A DNA stretch of 32,000 bases from Candidatus Methylomirabilis oxygeniifera (GCA_000091165.1 FP565575.1:1380001-1412000); one strand, 5' to 3'; counted from the first letter of the stretch, positions 1 to 8,329 are shown. The notes: a model not told the origin generated them from the letters alone. Numbers and translations are program-made.

Positions 1-1
1 A

Positions 2-982
2 TCGGGTGGAGCAGGCCGACCCCTGCTCCCTGATGTACTCGATCTTCGTCTTGTCAGAGTGCAGCCACTCCGGTACGGTGAGAACCCGCACCAGCAGGCT
101 GCCCTGTATGGCAACCTCCTTGCCGGCGAGCCGTCTGTGGTGCGGGCGAAGCAGCTTCAGGGGAAGGAACTGTCGTTTAATAATCTGCTGGACCTCGATG
201 CGGCCTTTACGACGGCTGGAGGATTCGACGAGCCTGTCGCCGTCATTGTCAAACATTCGAATCCCTGCGGTGTCGGTATCGGTTCCCGGCTGAGCGAGGC
301 GTATCGGCGCGCCCTGGCTGCGGATCCGACCTCGGCCTTCGGCGGAATCCTCAGCCTGAACCGCCAGGTGGATGCCGAGACTGCGCGCGAACTCGCCGCC
401 ACCTTCGTGGAAGCGATTATTGCTCCAGGGTACCATGAAGCTGCGCTCGCCATTCTGAAGGACAAGAAAGCGCTTCGGCTTTTACAGATTGAGCCGTGGT
501 CGGACCCAACGCCCTCCGATCAGGCGGTCCTGGAGCTGCGGCCGATCGTAGGTGGGATGTTGGCGCAGCAACGTGACCAGGTCGATCTCGACCCAGCCAC
601 TCTCCGGATCATGACCCGCCGTCAGCCCACTGACACTGAAATGCGGGCGCTTCGGTTTGCCTGGAAGGTGGCGAAGCATGTGAAGTCAAACGCGATCGTC
701 CTTTCGCGCGAGTATGCCACAGTAGGAATCGGCGCCGGGCAAATGAGCCGCGTTGACGCCTGTCGATTGGCCATCATGAAGGCCGTCTCATCCACGAAGG
801 GAACGGTCCTCGCATCCGACGCTTTCTTTCCGTTTCGAGACGGAGTGGATGTGGCGGCGGAGGCCGGCGTCACCGCGATTATCCAACCTGGCGGCTCCAT
901 CCGCGATGCTGAGGCCGTTCAAGCGGCGGATGAGGCCGGCATCGCGATGGTCTTCACCGGGATTCGACACTTCCGACACTAA
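2..982 (+). CDS. purH: PurH, bifunctional AICAR formyltransferase/IMP cyclohydrolase, C-terminal part (5' end lies upstream of the window)
   Basis: The reading frame is open from the window edge, and the track's M at 59 is an internal GTG. The translation contains LRYGENPHQQAA, KELSFNNLLDLDAA, VIVKHSNPCG, SDAFFPFRDG, IIQPGGSIRD and the terminal FTGIRHFRH, which are typical of PurH. Confidence 0.95.
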   Translation, partial: SGGAGRPLLPDVLDLRLVRVQPLRYGENPHQQAALYGNLLAGEPSVVRAKQLQGKELSFNNLLDLDAAFTTAGGFDEPVAVIVKHSNPCGVGIGSRLSEAYRRALAADPTSAFGGILSLNRQVDAETARELAATFVEAIIAPGYHEAALAILKDKKALRLLQIEPWSDPTPSDQAVLELRPIVGGMLAQQRDQVDLDPATLRIMTRRQPTDTEMRALRFAWKVAKHVKSNAIVLSREYATVGIGAGQMSRVDACRLAIMKAVSSTKGTVLASDAFFPFRDGVDVAAEAGVTAIIQPGGSIRDAEAVQAADEAGIAMVFTGIRHFRH

Positions 983-997
983 ATACAGGGTTCAGGA

Positions 998-1061
998 TAT
1001 AGGGTGTAGGGAAAAACTAAGGCTTTGCGTCTACCCTAGACCCTAAACCCAACACCCTATA
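998..1061. repeat. Imperfect inverted repeat in the purH-purD spacer. The right arm belongs to four tandem heptamers CCCTANA (1034-1061).
   Basis: tatagggtgtaggg (998-1011) pairs with cccaacaccctata (1048-1061) over 14 bp with 1 mismatch and a 36-nt loop. Positions 1034-1061 read ccctaga ccctaaa cccaaca ccctata, which is (GGGNNNN)4 on the minus strand. Confidence 0.7.
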
Positions 1062-1076
1062 CTCTTAGGGGGGTGC

Positions 1077-2354
1077 ATGCAGATTCTTGTGATCGGCTCT
1101 GGCGGCCGGGAACACGCGCTCGTATGGAAGATCGCTCAGAGCTCGAAGGCTACGAAGATCTGGGCCGCGCCGGGAAACGCCGGGATGGGCAATGTGGCCG
1201 AGTGCGTCCGGATCAGCGCCTCCGACATCCGGCTCCTGGCCGACTTTGCCGAACGGGAACGGATCGATCTCACCGTTGTGGGGCCGGAGCTCCCGCTCAC
1301 CCTCGGTATTGTGGATGAATTCGAGCGCCGCGGCCTTCGCATCTTCGGACCGCGGAAAGATGCCGCCATCGTCGAGGGGAGCAAGGTCTTCGCCAAAAGT
1401 TTCATGAAGAAGCATCATATCCCTACCGGCTTTTTCCAGACATTCGACCGACCAGACGAGGCCAAGCGATATATTAAAGAGATCGGCGCCCCCCTGGTCG
1501 TGAAGGCCGATGGTCTGGCGGCAGGAAAGGGTGTCATCGTCTGCTTCGAGTTAGCCGAAGCCCTGGATGCGGTCGAGAAGATCATGGAAGAGCGCCTCTT
1601 CGGCGACGCCGGTGAGCGGATTGTCGTTGAGGAGTATCTGGAGGGAGAAGAGATTTCCTTCCACGCGTTGACTGATGGAGACGCCGTCTTGCCGCTGGCG
1701 TCGTCTCAGGATCATAAGCGCGTGTTCAATGATGATCAGGGTCCTAATACGGGCGGCATGGGCGCCTACTCTCCCGCACCGATCATCACCGAGTCGATGC
1801 AAAAGCAGATCATGGATCGGATTATGATCCCGGCTATCACAGGGATGGCGACCGAAGGGCGACCATATAAAGGTGTTCTGTATGCCGGTCTGATGATCAG
1901 TACGGGCGGGATCAAGGTACTCGAGTTTAACGCGAGACTCGGCGATCCCGAGGCACAGGCGCTGCTCCTGCGGATGAAATCCGACCTGATTCCGCTGCTG
2001 GAGGCAGTCGTAGACGGCCGATTGCGGGACCAGACGATCGACTGGAAGCCGGATGCGAGCGTCTGTGTCGTCATGGCCTCAAAGGGCTATCCCGGCTCAT
2101 ACGATCAGGGCACCCCAATCGCCGGCCTCGAGGAAGCGGATGCCGAACCCGGCGTTATGATCTTCCACGCCGGGACAAGCCGGATGCACGACCAAATCTG
2201 TACAGGCGGAGGACGGGTCCTGGGTATCACCGGCCTCGGGCGAGACATCCAGGGGGCGATCGCGACCACCTACCGGGCAGTGAAGAAGATCCATTGGGAG
2301 GGCGTACACTACAGGACCGACATCGGTGGTCGCGCTCTCGCCAACGTCTCTTAA
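1077..2354 (+). CDS. purD: Phosphoribosylamine--glycine ligase (GAR synthetase)
   Basis: 425-aa ORF with an MQILVIGSGGREHAL N-terminus. It has ATP-grasp motifs (VVKADGLAAGKGV, EEYLEGEE.S, KVLEFNARLGDPE) and GGRVLGITG near the C-terminus. Confidence 0.97.
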   Translation: MQILVIGSGGREHALVWKIAQSSKATKIWAAPGNAGMGNVAECVRISASDIRLLADFAERERIDLTVVGPELPLTLGIVDEFERRGLRIFGPRKDAAIVEGSKVFAKSFMKKHHIPTGFFQTFDRPDEAKRYIKEIGAPLVVKADGLAAGKGVIVCFELAEALDAVEKIMEERLFGDAGERIVVEEYLEGEEISFHALTDGDAVLPLASSQDHKRVFNDDQGPNTGGMGAYSPAPIITESMQKQIMDRIMIPAITGMATEGRPYKGVLYAGLMISTGGIKVLEFNARLGDPEAQALLLRMKSDLIPLLEAVVDGRLRDQTIDWKPDASVCVVMASKGYPGSYDQGTPIAGLEEADAEPGVMIFHAGTSRMHDQICTGGGRVLGITGLGRDIQGAIATTYRAVKKIHWEGVHYRTDIGGRALANVS

Positions 2355-2413
2355 CAACGGGGCAGCGTACTCTATAGAGGGACTGCTGAAAGCAAGACGA
2401 AAAGGAGCAACAG

Positions 2414-2938
2414 GTGATCACTGATGACCGCATGGCAACGCACCCCATTGTCGGGATCGTGATGGGCAGCGACTCCGACCTGGCAGTGATGGAACTGACC
2501 GGTAAAACGCTGGAACGGTTTGGGATTCTGTTCGAGTTCAAGATCTCCTCCGCTCATCGTTCTCTTGACGCAACGCTGGACTATATCCGGAAGGCTGAGA
2601 CGCGAGGGATCCAGGTGATCATCGCAGGGGCCGGGGCTGCGGCTCATCTCGCCGGCGTGATCGCGGGCCAAACAACGCTTCCGGTCATCGGCGTTCCACT
2701 GGCTTCAAGTTCGCTGAAGGGGCTTGACGCGCTTCTTTCCGTGGTCCAGATGCCTGGAGGTGTTCCTGTTGCGACTATGGCTATCGGCGAAGCGGGGGCG
2801 AAGAACGCTGCCATCCTAGCCGTACGAATTTTGGCGCTGTCGGATGATGCCCTCCGGCACAAGCTCCAATCCTTCAAGGAAGCTCTGGCCTCTGAAGTGG
2901 AGGAAAAAGATCGCACACTCCAAAAGCGCCTTTCCTGA
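2414..2938 (+). CDS. purE: N5-carboxyaminoimidazole ribonucleotide mutase (class I PurE)
   Basis: GTG start at 2414, preceded by AAGGAG (2402-2407). The translation contains [29 protein letters not shown] and [15 protein letters not shown]. Confidence 0.95.
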   Translation: MITDDRMATHPIVGIVMGSDSDLAVMELTGKTLERFGILFEFKISSAHRSLDATLDYIRKAETRGIQVIIAGAGAAAHLAGVIAGQTTLPVIGVPLASSSLKGLDALLSVVQMPGGVPVATMAIGEAGAKNAAILAVRILALSDDALRHKLQSFKEALASEVEEKDRTLQKRLS

Positions 2939-3011
2939 GCTTCCCCTACCACAGACTCATTGTGCCGGGGAATCGTTCGCGGATTGGGCGCATCCGACAA
3001 CTCGACGGCAG

Positions 3012-3776
3012 GTGTCGCTGTTATTTCTTCTCTTCCTGTGTTTTATCACCGCCTTTCACCTCTGGTTCATCAGCTCAGGTCGATTGAATCTGGCGCCCGA
3101 TGAAGCGCACTACTGGATCTGGTCGAAGCGACTGGACTGGAGCTACTACAGTAAAGGGCCGGTAGTGGCCTACCTGATCGCCCTGTCCACGCGGATGGGG
3201 GGCGATACTGAATTCTTCGTCCGGCTCCCGGCGGTCCTTCTGGCGAGCGGAACGGTCATCCTTACGTTCCTGTTGGCAGTTCGGCTCTGTCGCTCCAGTT
3301 GGGCAGGCTTGGAAGCGGTGTTGCTCCTCGCCGCCATGCCGCTCGCCGAAGCGGGTTCGATGTTAATGACGATCGACGCACCGCTGGTCTTTTTCTGGTC
3401 TCTTACGCTGCTGCTGATCTATCGCGCGCTTACGACGGACGGTAGCGGCTGGTGGCTGCTCGCTGGGATCAGCCTCGGGCTTGGGCTGCTCAGTAAATAT
3501 ACCATGGCAGTCATCGTACCGCAGACGTTCCTCTACCTGACATTGTCCCGAACTCATCGGTTCTGGTTGCAACGGCCGGGTCCCTACCTTGCGCTCGGGG
3601 TAGGACTCCTCCTTTTTACCCCTGTCATATATTGGAACGTCACGCACGGCATGGTCTCATTCCGTCACCTCCTGGAACAGCTTGGAGGGGGAAAAGATAC
3701 GGTGATACCACTGAAGAGTTTGGGAGAATTTGTGGCATCTCAGGCGGGTGTGGTCACCCCCGTCTGTTCCTTGTAG
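3012..3776 (+). CDS. GT39/GT-C family (ArnT/PMT-like) polyprenyl-phosphate-sugar-dependent glycosyltransferase, N-terminal fragment ending at the frameshift
   Basis: The ORF is open from 2844 but overlaps purE. The first plausible start after the purE stop is GTG 3012. It is multi-TM, with the APDEAHYW loop motif typical of ArnT/PMT_2 proteins. It stops at TAG 3774-3776, just after a C5 run at 3757-3761. Confidence 0.8.
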   Translation: MSLLFLLFLCFITAFHLWFISSGRLNLAPDEAHYWIWSKRLDWSYYSKGPVVAYLIALSTRMGGDTEFFVRLPAVLLASGTVILTFLLAVRLCRSSWAGLEAVLLLAAMPLAEAGSMLMTIDAPLVFFWSLTLLLIYRALTTDGSGWWLLAGISLGLGLLSKYTMAVIVPQTFLYLTLSRTHRFWLQRPGPYLALGVGLLLFTPVIYWNVTHGMVSFRHLLEQLGGGKDTVIPLKSLGEFVASQAGVVTPVCSL

Positions 3777-4534
3777 TCATGATCGGGCTCTGGGAGGTCG
3801 GACGGGCCGCATTTACCCGACCAGGTGATCAGGCGGCGCTTTTTCTCTTTTGCGCTGCGGTACCCCTGCTGGCCGCGTGCCTCATCACCAGCCTGTGGAC
3901 AAAGGTTCAGGGGAACTGGGCCGCACCGGCCTATGTCGCTGCTGCCATAGCCGTTGCCAAGTGGCGGCTGGGCTCATCTGCTCATAGCGTCTCTACCTGG
4001 CGATGGACACGCAGTCGCACGCTGTTCGTCGGCGCGTTAGCGACCGGGTTCCTTGTCAGCACCATCGGCCACTTTCCGCATGCGCTGGCCTCGGTTGGGC
4101 TGCCGCTTCCCGCGAAGCTCGATCTGACTAAACGCCTCAGAGGATGGGCAGAGCTCGGCGCGCAGGTCAGCGCCGTCTATCAAGAGATGAGTCGGAGCAA
4201 ACCGACATTCGTCTTCAGCGATCGGTATCAGATTGCCAGTGAGGTCATGTTCTATGTGCCGGCCCACCCGAATACCTATAACATCCAGCTCGGGCGGCGC
4301 ATGAATCAGTTTGACGTATGGGGAGGGACTGAAGAGGTTCGAGGTTGGGACGCCATCTTTGTGGCGGACCGACCAGACCTGCCCGATGCGGTTCTCCGCT
4401 CATTTGATGAGGTACAACCAGAGCGGCCAACTCATCTATCGGGTAGCGGACAGTCGCACAGCCTTCACTCGTGGTCGATCTTCCGCTGCTATGGTTTCCG
4501 GGGATTCCCTCCGGCTCAGCAGCTCGGGTATTAG
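3761..4534 (+). CDS. GT39/ArnT-like glycosyltransferase, C-terminal fragment (continues the previous ORF in the -1 frame)
   Basis: This ORF is open from 3632 in another frame. From about 3761 it reads [10 protein letters not shown]...NWAAPAYVAAAIAV (further TM helices), then a soluble C-terminal domain. Joining the frames at the C5 run gives one protein of about 507 aa. Confidence 0.75.
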   Translation, partial: RLFLVVMIGLWEVGRAAFTRPGDQAALFLFCAAVPLLAACLITSLWTKVQGNWAAPAYVAAAIAVAKWRLGSSAHSVSTWRWTRSRTLFVGALATGFLVSTIGHFPHALASVGLPLPAKLDLTKRLRGWAELGAQVSAVYQEMSRSKPTFVFSDRYQIASEVMFYVPAHPNTYNIQLGRRMNQFDVWGGTEEVRGWDAIFVADRPDLPDAVLRSFDEVQPERPTHLSGSGQSHSLHSWSIFRCYGFRGFPPAQQLGY

Positions 4535-5560
4535 ATGCGGGACGCCTTACCTCCATACGCTTTGAGCAACGATCTTCAGCGAACGCCGTGGCTGTCTATC
4601 GTCATCCCCTTTTGTAACGAGGAAGACAATGTCCGTCCCCTCCATGAACAGATCGTTGTCGCGTTAGACGGTCTTGGACAGTTGTATGAGGTGGTCGCCG
4701 TCGATGATGGCAGCACCGATCGGACACTCAGCCTCCTGGAGGCAACCGCGAAGGTTGACTTACGATGGAAGGTGATCGCGCTCAGACGAAACTTCGGCCA
4801 GACTGCCGCCATGTCTGCCGGCTTTGACCACGCGACAGGCGACGTGATCGTGACTCTCGACGGAGATCTTCAGAACGATCCGGCCGATATCCCGAGGCTG
4901 TTGGAGTTCATTAACGACTACGACGTGGTCAGCGGTTGGAGGGCCGATCGCAAGGATCCCTTCCTTTCAAGGCGGCTCCCCTCTATGCTTGCAAACTGGC
5001 TCATCTCCGTCACGACCGGCGTACGGCTTCATGACTACGGATGCACCCTGAAGGCGTATCGACGGGTGGTTGTAGAGAATCTCAGGCTCTACGGTGAGTT
5101 GCATCGGTTTATCCCCGCGATTGCCAGTTGGATGGGGATCGCCATCGCCGAGGTAAAGACGCACCACCATCCCAGACGGTACGGACGCTCGAAATACTCC
5201 ATCGTTCGAACGGTGCGGGTGCTACTGGATCTGATCGCCGTAAAATTCCTGCTCCGATTCAGCACCTCTCCGATTCAGATCTTCGGCGGGTTGGGGCTCG
5301 CCGTCGGCACCACTGGCGGAGGGCTGCTCCTGTATCTGGCCGGCCTCAAACTGCTCATGGACCAGTCGATTGGCGGGCGACCGCTCTTACTGCTTGCAAT
5401 CCTCCTGCTGATTCTTGGAGTACAACTGGTAGGCATGGGACTGCTGGGTGAAATGGTGGCGCGGGTCTACCATGAGACGCAACGCAAACCGATCTACATG
5501 GTTCAGCGGATCATCCATGGGGTGAAGACTGAAGGAGGCGACAGTGGCCTCGGCCAATAA
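4535..5560 (+). CDS. GT2 family polyprenyl-phosphate glycosyltransferase (ArnC/GtrB/DPM1-like)
   Basis: The ATG abuts the upstream TAG. The translation has LSIVIPFCNEEDN, VVAVDDGSTDRT and DGDLQNDP motifs, plus two C-terminal TM helices as in ArnC/GtrB. Confidence 0.9.
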   Translation: MRDALPPYALSNDLQRTPWLSIVIPFCNEEDNVRPLHEQIVVALDGLGQLYEVVAVDDGSTDRTLSLLEATAKVDLRWKVIALRRNFGQTAAMSAGFDHATGDVIVTLDGDLQNDPADIPRLLEFINDYDVVSGWRADRKDPFLSRRLPSMLANWLISVTTGVRLHDYGCTLKAYRRVVVENLRLYGELHRFIPAIASWMGIAIAEVKTHHHPRRYGRSKYSIVRTVRVLLDLIAVKFLLRFSTSPIQIFGGLGLAVGTTGGGLLLYLAGLKLLMDQSIGGRPLLLLAILLLILGVQLVGMGLLGEMVARVYHETQRKPIYMVQRIIHGVKTEGGDSGLGQ

Positions 5561-6518
5561 GTCCGTCGCCGTAACGTGGCAGTTCTGGCTGAAGCTCGTC
5601 GTAAGCTTCGCGCTGCTGTCTTTGCTCCTATTCAAAACAGACCTGCAGGCTCTCGGCAGTCTCTTCCGCTCCCTGCGTATCCCGATCTTTTTCGGATCCG
5701 TTCTCCTCTATCTGGTGACGCAGTTGCTCAGCACGATGCGCTGGAGGTGTCTACTGCAGGCCGAGAAGATCCGCCTCCCCTTCTGGCGTCTCACCCTGCT
5801 GTATTACGAGGGGATGTTCTTCAACCTGATGCTGCCCACCGCGATCGGCGGCGATCTGGTTCGGGGCTATCAGGTTTCGCAACTGACTGACCGACGCGAG
5901 GCATCGTTGGCCTCCATCCTCGTGGAACGGCTCTCCGGTTTTGCGGCTCTCGCCATCATCGCCTGCATCGCCATCATCCCCGCATATGCGCACGTGAACG
6001 ATCCGCTTATCGTCTGGGCGACAGCCGCCTCGGCGGCAGGGATGGTCGCCCTTATCGCGTCACTCCTAAGCGATCGACTTCAGGCGTTGTTCTTCAGGCT
6101 GCTTCATGGCGTAGGCCTTGGAAGATTTCACGATACTCTCCATCGGCTGTACGAAGCAGTCCAACGGTACTGGACCCACCGGAGCACCCTTGTGCTGGCG
6201 TTGGGGCTCTCATTGATCTTGCAGTCGCTGGTGATCACAATCTTTTACCTGATCTCGCTGGCGCTCAACCTGTCCGTCCCTTTCCGCTATTTTTTTCTGT
6301 TCGTCCCGTTGATGAGCGTGGTGTCGATGCTGCCGATCTCGATTGCGGGTTTGGGGCTCAGGGAAGGGAGCGCCGTATATCTTTTTACGAAGGTCGGCAT
6401 GGATACCGCCGGCGCGCTCAGTCTGTCGTTGCTATGGTTTGCCGTAACGGCCCTCTGCAGCAGTTTGGGGGGGATCGTATTTCTGGCCGGTCACTCACGG
6501 CACCGGATAGAGCCGTAA
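5544..6518 (+). CDS. Flippase-like / lysylphosphatidylglycerol-synthase-TM-region family (UPF0104) membrane protein
   Basis: GTG start with GAAGGAGG 6 nt upstream, overlapping the GT2 gene by 17 nt. It is a polytopic protein with RWRCLL....FFNLMLPTAIGGDLVRGY, typical of PF03706-type proteins. Confidence 0.8.
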   Translation: MASANKSVAVTWQFWLKLVVSFALLSLLLFKTDLQALGSLFRSLRIPIFFGSVLLYLVTQLLSTMRWRCLLQAEKIRLPFWRLTLLYYEGMFFNLMLPTAIGGDLVRGYQVSQLTDRREASLASILVERLSGFAALAIIACIAIIPAYAHVNDPLIVWATAASAAGMVALIASLLSDRLQALFFRLLHGVGLGRFHDTLHRLYEAVQRYWTHRSTLVLALGLSLILQSLVITIFYLISLALNLSVPFRYFFLFVPLMSVVSMLPISIAGLGLREGSAVYLFTKVGMDTAGALSLSLLWFAVTALCSSLGGIVFLAGHSRHRIEP

Positions 6519-6536
6519 ATGGGAAATCCTGGGCCT

Positions 6537-6637
6537 GTCTGGTCCGTCTGGTTTATTTCGTTGGAGAACCAGACCAACCAGACAAACCCAATAGACCCAA
6601 TCAACTCGATAGACTCGATAGACGCAATAGACACTTT
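6537..6637. repeat. Hairpin (6537-6583) merging into a tract of about 8 tandem 9-bp units (6566-6637), directly upstream of the PAP2 gene
   Basis: gtctggtccgtctggtt pairs with aaccagaccaaccagac as 7+8 bp around a 2x2 internal mismatch. The 9-bp phasing reads gaaccagac caaccagac aaacccaat agacccaat caactcgat agactcgat agacgcaat agacacttt. Confidence 0.8.
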
Positions 6638-6648
6638 CTGAGGAAACG

Positions 6649-7260
6649 ATGTCTATTTCGCTATGGCTGGAGAGACTGCGAGGGTGGGATGAAGCCGGAT
6701 TCTATCTGATTAACCGAAGCCTGCAGAATCCGTTCTTTGACCTCCTGATGCCGTTCGTCAGCAACAAATGGAACTTCGCCCTCCCGGTGGCGGTCCTGCT
6801 TGGGTACATATTGCTCTTTCGTCCGAAACGGGATCGGATCATCGCCCTGTCCACCATTGCGGTGATTCTGCTGACCGATGAAACGAGCCAACTCTTAAAG
6901 GACTTGTTCGAACGAACCAGACCATTTCATCCTCTCAGGGATATCACTCGTCCTGTCTCGTTTTCTTTTCCCTCAAACCACGCCAGCAACATGTTTGCCT
7001 TGGCTGTGTTTCTCTCCTATAATTATTCACGATCAGGGTGGCTGTGTTTCCCTGTAGCGGCTCTCGTCGGATATTCCAGAATCTATGTCGGCTCACATTA
7101 TCCGTTTGATGTGCTGGGCGGCGCGCTCTGGGGAGTCATGGTCGGACTTCTCGGCGCCGTAGCGGTCCGGCGTCTTATGCGGATGGCGGGAGCCCGGCAT
7201 ACGAGTCCGGCAGGAGATGAGAAAGACCGCCCTGCCGGCGAGCCGGAAACCTTCCAGTAG
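6649..7260 (+). CDS. PAP2 superfamily phosphatase (LpxE/LpxF/undecaprenyl-diphosphatase-like)
   Basis: All three acid-phosphatase motifs are present: KDLFERTRP, PSNH and SRIYVGSHYPFDV. It is multi-TM, with GAGGA 4-5 nt before the ATG. Confidence 0.88.
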   Translation: MSISLWLERLRGWDEAGFYLINRSLQNPFFDLLMPFVSNKWNFALPVAVLLGYILLFRPKRDRIIALSTIAVILLTDETSQLLKDLFERTRPFHPLRDITRPVSFSFPSNHASNMFALAVFLSYNYSRSGWLCFPVAALVGYSRIYVGSHYPFDVLGGALWGVMVGLLGAVAVRRLMRMAGARHTSPAGDEKDRPAGEPETFQ

Positions 7261-7279
7261 CGCCTTAAGGAGATTACGA

Positions 7280-8329
7280 ATGGGTGACCAACAGATTCGA
7301 CTGACGTCCTTGTCGCATGGAGCCGGCTGAGCGTGCAAAATCAGCCCTGCTGATCTGGCCCAGGTCCTGGGCCGGCTTCCACGATTTGACGATCCACGCA
7401 TCCTTGTGGGGGCAGAGACCTCCGATGACGCGGCCGTCTACCAATTGGACAGTGGGCAGGCGATCGTCCAGACCGTAGATTACATCACACCGGTAGTAGA
7501 TGATCCGTATAGCTGTGGCCTGATTGCCGCCGCCAACTCGCTGAGCGACATCTACGCGATGGGCGCAACGCCTCTGTTCGCTCTCAACATCGTCGGTTTT
7601 CCGATCGGATCGCTCTCGCTGAGCATCCTTGGAGAGATCCTTCGCGGCGGCGCCGATAAAGTTCGCGAGGCGGACACCCCAATTATCGGAGGACACAGCA
7701 TCGACGACCCGGAACCAAAATATGGCCTCGTGGTAACTGGACTGATCGACCCTGCGAAGATCTTAAAAAACTCGACCGCCCGCATCGGGGATGATCTCGT
7801 GTTGACCAAACCGCTTGGCATCGGGATCATCACCACCGCTATCAAGCGCGGCAAGGCCACCCAACCGACCATCGATGCCGCCATCGAGCTGATGGCTACA
7901 CTGAATAAAAGCGCATCGGAAGCTATGGTGGCGATCGGCGCGCACGCCTGTACGGATGTCACCGGGTTTGGACTGCTGGGGCACCTGCACGAGATGACCG
8001 TGGGGAGCAAGGCTGGAGCGCGGGTGTCGCTCTCAAAGGTCCCGATTCTCCCTGACGCCTGGGATTTGATCCACGAGGGGATCTGTCCGGGCGGGACACA
8101 ACGTAACTATGAATCGTTGGACGGAGCCATCGTCTGGAATCCAGGGATTCGCGACGAGGCCCAAATGATCCTGTGCGATGCCCAGACCTCCGGCGGCCTT
8201 CTGATCGCTGTCCCGAAGGATAAGACGGCAGCCTTGATTCAGCGTTTGAGAGAGCGTAAGACGCCAGTCGCCGCGCTGATTGGCGAAATCGTCGAGGATC
8301 CGACTGGTCGTATCTGGGTGGAACCGTAG
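7280..8329 (+). CDS. selD: Selenide, water dikinase (selenophosphate synthetase) with in-frame TGA (7328-7330) read as selenocysteine
   Basis: ATG 7280 is preceded by AAGGAG (7267-7272). The translation is MGDQQIRLTSLSHGAG-TGA-ACKISPADLAQVL...DDAAVY, continuous in frame with the track ORF 7406..8329. It matches the SelD N-terminus (E. coli: [22 protein letters not shown]), with the TGA at the catalytic Cys/Sec position. Confidence 0.9.
7331..7376 (+). promoter_or_regulatory. Candidate bacterial SECIS region downstream of the selD UGA
   Basis: Two hairpins lie downstream of the UGA. The first is aucag-cccug-cugau (7340-7354). The second is ggccca-GGUCC-ugggcc (7357-7373), whose GGUC-containing apical loop is about 36 nt after the UGA. 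These were folded by eye only. Confidence 0.45.

Noticed and set aside
1034-1061. Telomere-like TTTAGGG unit on the minus strand
   Set aside because: It is a single unit within a degenerate heptamer tract in a bacterial operon spacer. This is a coincidental resemblance with no telomeric context.
983-1076. Promoter (TATACT at 1057-1062) or ZTP/purine-type riboswitch in the purH-purD spacer
   Set aside because: The best -35 candidate (TAGACC) has only a 15-nt spacer, and a transcript start there would remove the G-rich RBS. The spacer is too short and lacks conserved riboswitch cores that I could recognise.
2844-3011. N-terminal 56-aa extension of the ArnT-like ORF starting at ATG 2844
   Set aside because: It overlaps the last 95 nt of purE in another frame. 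It encodes a basic, non-membrane peptide unlike GT39 N-termini. GTG 3012, just before the first TM helix, is more plausible.
3750-3776. Programmed -1 ribosomal frameshift in the ArnT-like gene
   Set aside because: There is no X XXY YYZ slippery heptamer in the zero frame (codons are gtc acc ccc gtc). I could find no downstream pseudoknot or hairpin by eye. A C5 run is too short for efficient transcriptional slippage. An indel or sequencing error is more parsimonious.
6434-6709. 91-aa ORF whose translation shows tripeptide repeats (PDQPDKPNRPNQLDRLDRRNR) across the nonamer tract
   Set aside because: The periodic peptide is a by-product of a 9-bp DNA repeat. The ORF overlaps the ends of two well-supported genes in other frames and has no RBS.
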